From: an uncultured bacterium
GTDB lineage: Bacteria; Planctomycetota; UBA1135; GCA-002686595
NCBI GenBank assembly: GCA_943787795.1
Contig: CALSNU010000002.1
Location: 384,001 to 448,000, forward strand
DNA: 64,000 bases
Direction: 5' to 3'
Part shown: one piece after another, positions 59,268 to 64,000 of the stretch
How the letters are laid out: each line of letters opens with the position of its first letter
How positions within the stretch are numbered: the first letter of the stretch is position 1
Translations under genes and position numbers: made by a program
Notes under the pieces: model-generated
The model's database searches: none
The model's input: the letters and a program-made list of their open reading frames with translations, nothing else
Told to the model about the DNA's origin: nothing

Positions 59268-59657
59268 GGCCCTACGATAGGGCACAGGGGGAACCGCGTC
59301 GGAACGGAGGCCGCCCATTTGCCCCTCGGGTGGGGCGCCGGCGGACGGCGACGAGTCGCCGTCCGAGGGCACCGATAAAGGCCCAGCCCGGTCGGGGCGC
59401 GGTCCGACCGGGCTGGTAGCGAACGGGTCGAGGGGGTTGATCCGTCCGCGTTAGGTAGGCACCGGAGCGTTCGCCAGGAGCGTGTTGAGGGGGGATCACG
59501 CGTCACTGGAGACGAGGCTCCGGGCCTGGGCTATTTGTTCCAGACACCAACGAGTCCGCCCCGGCCCCGGGGAGCGGGGCACGTTTCCCAACATTTCTTC
59601 AGACCCCGCTCGCCGGGCCCCCGCCGACGCCCTCTTCCCGCCTAGAATCGCGCCGTC

Positions 59658-60788
59658 ATGATCCCCGCGCGCAAGACCCGCACCATCCGTATCGGCCCCC
59701 TCCGGGTGGGCGGTGAGGCCCCCATCGCCGTCCAGAGCATGGCGGCCACGCGAACCCAAGACATCGCCGCGACTCGCGGCCAGGTGGAGCGCCTTCAGGC
59801 CGCCGGGGCCGACCTCGTCCGGGTCGCCATCGACTCCCCCAAGGACGCCGAGGCCCTCAAGGAGATCGCGGAGGGCATCCACGTCCCCCTCTCCGTGGAC
59901 CTGCAGGAGAACTACCGCATGGCGGAGGCGGTGGCGCCCTTCGTGGCCAAGCTCCGCTACAACCCCGGCCACCTCCACCACCACGAGCGCACCAAGTCCA
60001 CCGAGGAGAAGGTCGCCTGGATCGTCGACGTGGCACGCCGCCACGACTGCGCGATCCGGATCGGCGTGAACGCTGGCTCCATCGCCCCCGAGTACAAGGA
60101 GCGCTACCCCGGCGACAACGTGGGCGCCATCGTCGCCTGCGCCGTGGAGCACTGCGCCCTGCTGGACGGGATGGACTTTCCGGACTTCGTGGTGTCCATC
60201 AAGGACTCCGACCCGCGGCTGGTGATCGACGCCAACACGCGCTTCGCCGAGGCCAGGCCCGACGTCCCCATTCACCTGGGGGTGACCGAGGCCGGGATGC
60301 CGCCCGAGGGGATCATCAAGACCCGCATCGCCTTCGAGCAGCTGCTCTCTCGCGGGATCGGCGACACCCTCCGCGTGTCCCTGACCGTCCCCTTCGACGA
60401 CAAGGGCCAGGAGATCGAGGTCGGGCGCCAGATCATCGAGGACGTCTCCAACGGGCGCTTCCGCTCCGTTCCACCCAACTTCTTCGACGGCCTCAACATC
60501 ATCGCTTGCCCCTCCTGCAGCCGCGTCGAGAACGAGAAGTTCATCGACCTGGCCGAGGACGTGAAGCGCATGACCGAGGACGCCAAGGAGCACGACATCA
60601 CCATCGCCGTGATGGGCTGCCGGGTGAATGGGCCGGGCGAGACGGACGACGCGGACCTCGGCCTCTGGTGTGGGCCCAAGACCGTCAATCTGAAGAAGGG
60701 CGAGGCCACGGTCGGCGCCTTCGGCTACGACGAGATCCTCGGGCAGATGCGGATCGAGCTCGACCGCCTCATCGCCGAACGAGCCTGA
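59658..60788 (+). CDS. ispG: (E)-4-hydroxy-3-methylbut-2-enyl-diphosphate synthase
   Basis: [56 protein letters not shown]. Confidence 0.96.
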   Translation: MIPARKTRTIRIGPLRVGGEAPIAVQSMAATRTQDIAATRGQVERLQAAGADLVRVAIDSPKDAEALKEIAEGIHVPLSVDLQENYRMAEAVAPFVAKLRYNPGHLHHHERTKSTEEKVAWIVDVARRHDCAIRIGVNAGSIAPEYKERYPGDNVGAIVACAVEHCALLDGMDFPDFVVSIKDSDPRLVIDANTRFAEARPDVPIHLGVTEAGMPPEGIIKTRIAFEQLLSRGIGDTLRVSLTVPFDDKGQEIEVGRQIIEDVSNGRFRSVPPNFFDGLNIIACPSCSRVENEKFIDLAEDVKRMTEDAKEHDITIAVMGCRVNGPGETDDADLGLWCGPKTVNLKKGEATVGAFGYDEILGQMRIELDRLIAERA

Positions 60789-60918
60789 GAGGCCCGCGAG
60801 CTCCGCCGCCTTCACCGCCCCTCCCGGCTCCCGAAGGGACCCGTCTTATCCTCCTCCCCGAAGCGTTCAGCCCGGTCCTCGGCGAGGTAGAGAGGGCCCC
60901 TACCTCGCCTCCGCTCCC

Positions 60919-61596
60919 ATGAAGATCCTCGTCGTCGAAGACAACCCGAAGATGGCCCGCTCCATCGAGATGACGCTCACCGAGTCGGGGTTCGAGGTGG
61001 AGACCGTTGGCCTGGTCGCCGACGCCCTCGCCCGCGCGGGACAGGAGGCCTACGACCTCTTCCTGCTGGACCTGATGCTGCCCGACGGCGACGGGATCCA
61101 GCTCTGCCAGAGCCTGCGAGGAAGCGGCATCACCTCGCCCATCATGATGCTGACCGCGCTCTCGGGCACGTCGCGCAAGGTCGCTGGCCTCGACTCGGGT
61201 GCCGACGACTACCTGACCAAGCCCTTCGAGGTGGACGAGCTCGTGGCTCGCGTCCGCGCCCTCCTGCGCCGGGGCGGCAGCGCGGACTCCACGCGGCTCA
61301 AACACGGCGACGTGGAGATGGACCTGACCAAGCGCACCGTCCAGCGGGCAGGGGTCAAGGTCGCTGTGACCACCAAGGAGTTCGCCCTCCTCGAATTCCT
61401 CGTCCGTAATTCAGGCGAGACCTTCACCCGCGGCACGATCACCGAGCGCGTGTGGGACATGAGCTACGAGCCGTCGAGCAACGTGGTGGACGTTTACATC
61501 TCCAACCTGCGACGCAAGCTCGACAAGCCCTTCGAGACCAAGCTGATCCACACGGTGGTCGGGACGGGCTACAGGTTTGGCGCCGCGGACGACTGA
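60919..61596 (+). CDS. OmpR-family response regulator
   Basis: ILVVEDN, LDLMLP, GADDYLTKPF, NVVDVYISNLRRK, TVVGTGY. Confidence 0.95.
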   Translation: MKILVVEDNPKMARSIEMTLTESGFEVETVGLVADALARAGQEAYDLFLLDLMLPDGDGIQLCQSLRGSGITSPIMMLTALSGTSRKVAGLDSGADDYLTKPFEVDELVARVRALLRRGGSADSTRLKHGDVEMDLTKRTVQRAGVKVAVTTKEFALLEFLVRNSGETFTRGTITERVWDMSYEPSSNVVDVYISNLRRKLDKPFETKLIHTVVGTGYRFGAADD

Positions 61597-61597
61597 G

Positions 61598-62839
61598 ATG
61601 GCCGATGAGGAGGCCCCCACCCTCGCCGCGCCCGTGCGACTCTCGCTGCGGGCGCAGCTCACCATCTGGTTCGGGATCAGCTTCGGCGCCGTCCTGGCCA
61701 CGATCGTGGGCGGGATCGTCATGCTCGACCAGGGGCGCCTCTTCGACCCCACTCGAGCGGACTACGACTGGCTGATCCGCCTGGTGGGCATCGGCACCTT
61801 CGCCGCGCTCATCGGCGGAATCCTGGCGGCCTGGGTGATCGGCGGCGTCGCCCTCGAGCCCCTGCGGCGGATCACGGAGACCGCGCGGGCCATGGGCCCC
61901 GAGCGCATCGAGGCGACCCGGGTGGAGATGCCCGAGGTCGGCGTGGAGGTCAACGAGGCGCGCCTCGAGCTCAACCGCGCCCTGGATCGAATCGAGGCCG
62001 GGTATCAGTCCCAGGAGCGCTTCATCTCCAACGTGAGCCACGAGCTCAAGACGCCGATCGCGGTGCTCCTGACCGAGGCGAGGCGCCTCCAGCTCCAGGA
62101 GCGCGGCGCCGAGGAGCTGTCAGCGTTCGTGGGCGACGTCGCAGAGCAGATGGCGCGGCTCGGGAAGATCGTCGAGAGCTTCCTGACCCTCGCGCGCATT
62201 GACTACGAGGAGCGGCTGCGCAAGTTCGAGGACTTCTGGTTCCACGACCTCCTGCTGGAGGCCGTGCGGAGGACCCGCGCCCAGGCCCAGACCCACGAGG
62301 TCCACGTCGACCTCGAGCTCCCCGAGGGCACCGACTACTTCGACCGCCCCAGCTGGGGCGACCCCGAGCTCATATCGTCCGCCGTGGAGAACCTGATCCG
62401 TAACGCCATCCGGTTCGCCCCGGCAGGCTCCAGCGTGCGGGTCTCCCTCGAGTCCGACCCCGCGGTGATCGCCACGGTCGCAGAGGGTGAGCCCGCTGAA
62501 CCCGCCCGCTCAGGTGCGCGAGTCTGTGTCTCCGATGACGGCCCGGGGATGCCCGAGGCCCTGCTCGCCACCGTCTTCGAACCCTTCAAGCAGGCGGACT
62601 CCGAGGAGGGGACCGGGCGGGGCACCGGCCTGGGCCTCGCGATCGCTCACCGCGTGGCGACCCTTCACAAGGGCTCGATCCAGGCCCTCAACCGCCCGTC
62701 CGGCGAGGGTGGCGGTCGAGCAGGCTGCACGGTGGAGGTCGCGCTGCCGTTCCTCTCGGAGCAGGACTGGGGCCCCATGGAAGGGGACCTCGAGGGGGCC
62801 CGACCGACCGCATCCGACGGCCCGCAGGCCGGGTCCTGA
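61598..62839 (+). CDS. Membrane sensor histidine kinase (HAMP-HisKA-HATPase)
   Basis: Two TM helices, SHELKTP, NLIRNA, DDGPG, FEPF, GTGLGL. Confidence 0.92.
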   Translation: MADEEAPTLAAPVRLSLRAQLTIWFGISFGAVLATIVGGIVMLDQGRLFDPTRADYDWLIRLVGIGTFAALIGGILAAWVIGGVALEPLRRITETARAMGPERIEATRVEMPEVGVEVNEARLELNRALDRIEAGYQSQERFISNVSHELKTPIAVLLTEARRLQLQERGAEELSAFVGDVAEQMARLGKIVESFLTLARIDYEERLRKFEDFWFHDLLLEAVRRTRAQAQTHEVHVDLELPEGTDYFDRPSWGDPELISSAVENLIRNAIRFAPAGSSVRVSLESDPAVIATVAEGEPAEPARSGARVCVSDDGPGMPEALLATVFEPFKQADSEEGTGRGTGLGLAIAHRVATLHKGSIQALNRPSGEGGGRAGCTVEVALPFLSEQDWGPMEGDLEGARPTASDGPQAGS

Positions 62840-62959
62840 CGGCTGCTTCGCAGACCGCGACGACTCCCCCAAGGCGCGTCCGGCGCGGCCTATACTCCTG
62901 AGCAGGTGCGCGCCCCTCGTGCTCCTTCCCGCCCGAGGACCAGCGCAGAAAGCTCGCCC

Positions 62960-63997
62960 ATGAACTCCAGATCCCGATTCCTCGCCGCGTGCCGCCGCGA
63001 GGAGACCGATCGCCCCCCCGCGTGGATGATGCGCCAGGCGGGCCGCTACCTGCCCGAGTACCGGGATGTCCGGAGCACATCCAGCTTCCTGGGCATGGTC
63101 CACGACCCCGCCCGAGCCAGCGAGGTCACGCTCCAGCCCATCCGCCGGTACGGCATGGACGCCGCGGTGATCTTCTGCGACATCCTCGTCCCGCCGGCCG
63201 CCATGGGCCAGGGCGTGGACTTCCTGGAGGGCCAGGGGCCGGTGCTCGAGCCGGCGGTCCGCAGCGCTGAGGACGTCGAGGGCCTCGTGGACTTCACGGC
63301 CACCGACGCCACGGGCTTCCTTGGCGACTCCATCCGCGCCGTCCGCGAGGGCCTCGGAGACGAGCGCGCCATCATCGGCTTCTGCGGCGCCCCGTTCACC
63401 GTGGCGAGCTACATGGTCGAGGGCCGCTCCTCCCGCAACTTCGAGAACACCAAGCAGATGATGCTCGGCGAGCCCGAGACGTTCGACCGGCTCCTCACCC
63501 GCGTCGTCGATAACTCCATCGGCTACCTGGGCATGCAGGTGGAGGCGGGAGCCGACGTCCTCCAGGTCTTTGACTCCTGGGGCGGGACCCTGTCCGCCGA
63601 GGTGTATCGGGAGCGCATCCTCCCCCATGTGGAGCGCCTGGTCTCCGAAGCCCGCGGCTTCGGTGTCCCTGTGATCCTCTACGTGAACGGCTGTCACCAC
63701 CTGCTGGAGGTGATGGCGGACAGCGGCGCTGAGGTGCTCGGCATCGACTGGCGCATCAGCCCGCGCGAGGCCATCGAGCGCGTGGGCGATCGGGTGGCCC
63801 TGCAGGGCAACCTCGACCCCTGCACGTTGTTCGCGCCGCCCGACGTGGTGCGGGCCGAGGCGCGACGCGTCCTCGAGGGATTCAAAGGCCAGCGCGGCTA
63901 CATCTTCAATCTCGGCAGCGGGATCCTCCCCAAGACCCCCCTGGAGAGCGTCCAGGCCCTCTGGGACACCGTCCTCGACGGAGGCCTGGGAGCGTGA
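62960..63997 (+). CDS. hemE: Uroporphyrinogen decarboxylase
   Basis: WMMRQAGRYLPEY, DAAVIFCDIL, GAPFTVASY, QVFDSW, LQGNLDP, IFNLG. Confidence 0.96.
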   Translation: MNSRSRFLAACRREETDRPPAWMMRQAGRYLPEYRDVRSTSSFLGMVHDPARASEVTLQPIRRYGMDAAVIFCDILVPPAAMGQGVDFLEGQGPVLEPAVRSAEDVEGLVDFTATDATGFLGDSIRAVREGLGDERAIIGFCGAPFTVASYMVEGRSSRNFENTKQMMLGEPETFDRLLTRVVDNSIGYLGMQVEAGADVLQVFDSWGGTLSAEVYRERILPHVERLVSEARGFGVPVILYVNGCHHLLEVMADSGAEVLGIDWRISPREAIERVGDRVALQGNLDPCTLFAPPDVVRAEARRVLEGFKGQRGYIFNLGSGILPKTPLESVQALWDTVLDGGLGA

Positions 63998-64000
63998 GGG

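Noticed and set aside
1..64000. tRNA, rRNA, transposase, integrase, prophage or defence genes
   Set aside because: None recognised by eye; a tRNAscan/Infernal run would be needed to exclude small RNAs fully

Overview
High-GC (~70%) bacterial chromosomal window with about 52 CDSs. It is most likely from a deep-branching planctomycete, inferred from a PVC-style multiheme cytochrome c/ThuA pair, a DUF1080 lipoprotein and a secreted protein ending in a YC..NSTG..NFQAWYRD domain. Housekeeping genes (topA, folE2, hemB, a Maf protein, mltA, carB, pntAB, a tatB-like gene, purF, ispG, hemE) are mixed with lipoproteins, two-component genes and accessory enzymes. No rRNA, tRNA, CRISPR or mobile element was seen. 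Top finding: two ORFs listed separately (44133-44411 and 43083-43922, minus strand) are one 442-aa reading frame broken only by an in-frame TGA in a GHPLGCT-U-GNG motif. Exactly 11 nt after the TGA is a SECIS-like hairpin, so this is a probable unannotated exported selenoprotein with a selenoprotein-N-like redox motif. Other highlights: a candidate ZMP/ZTP riboswitch before folE2, a prokaryotic pentameric ligand-gated ion channel, a CX5R-phosphatase/cytochrome c' fusion lipoprotein, a missed 46-aa TatA-like ORF, many TANNNT boxes 6-11 nt before start codons (leaderless-type genes), and four clustered +1 frameshifts in carB that are probably sequence errors.
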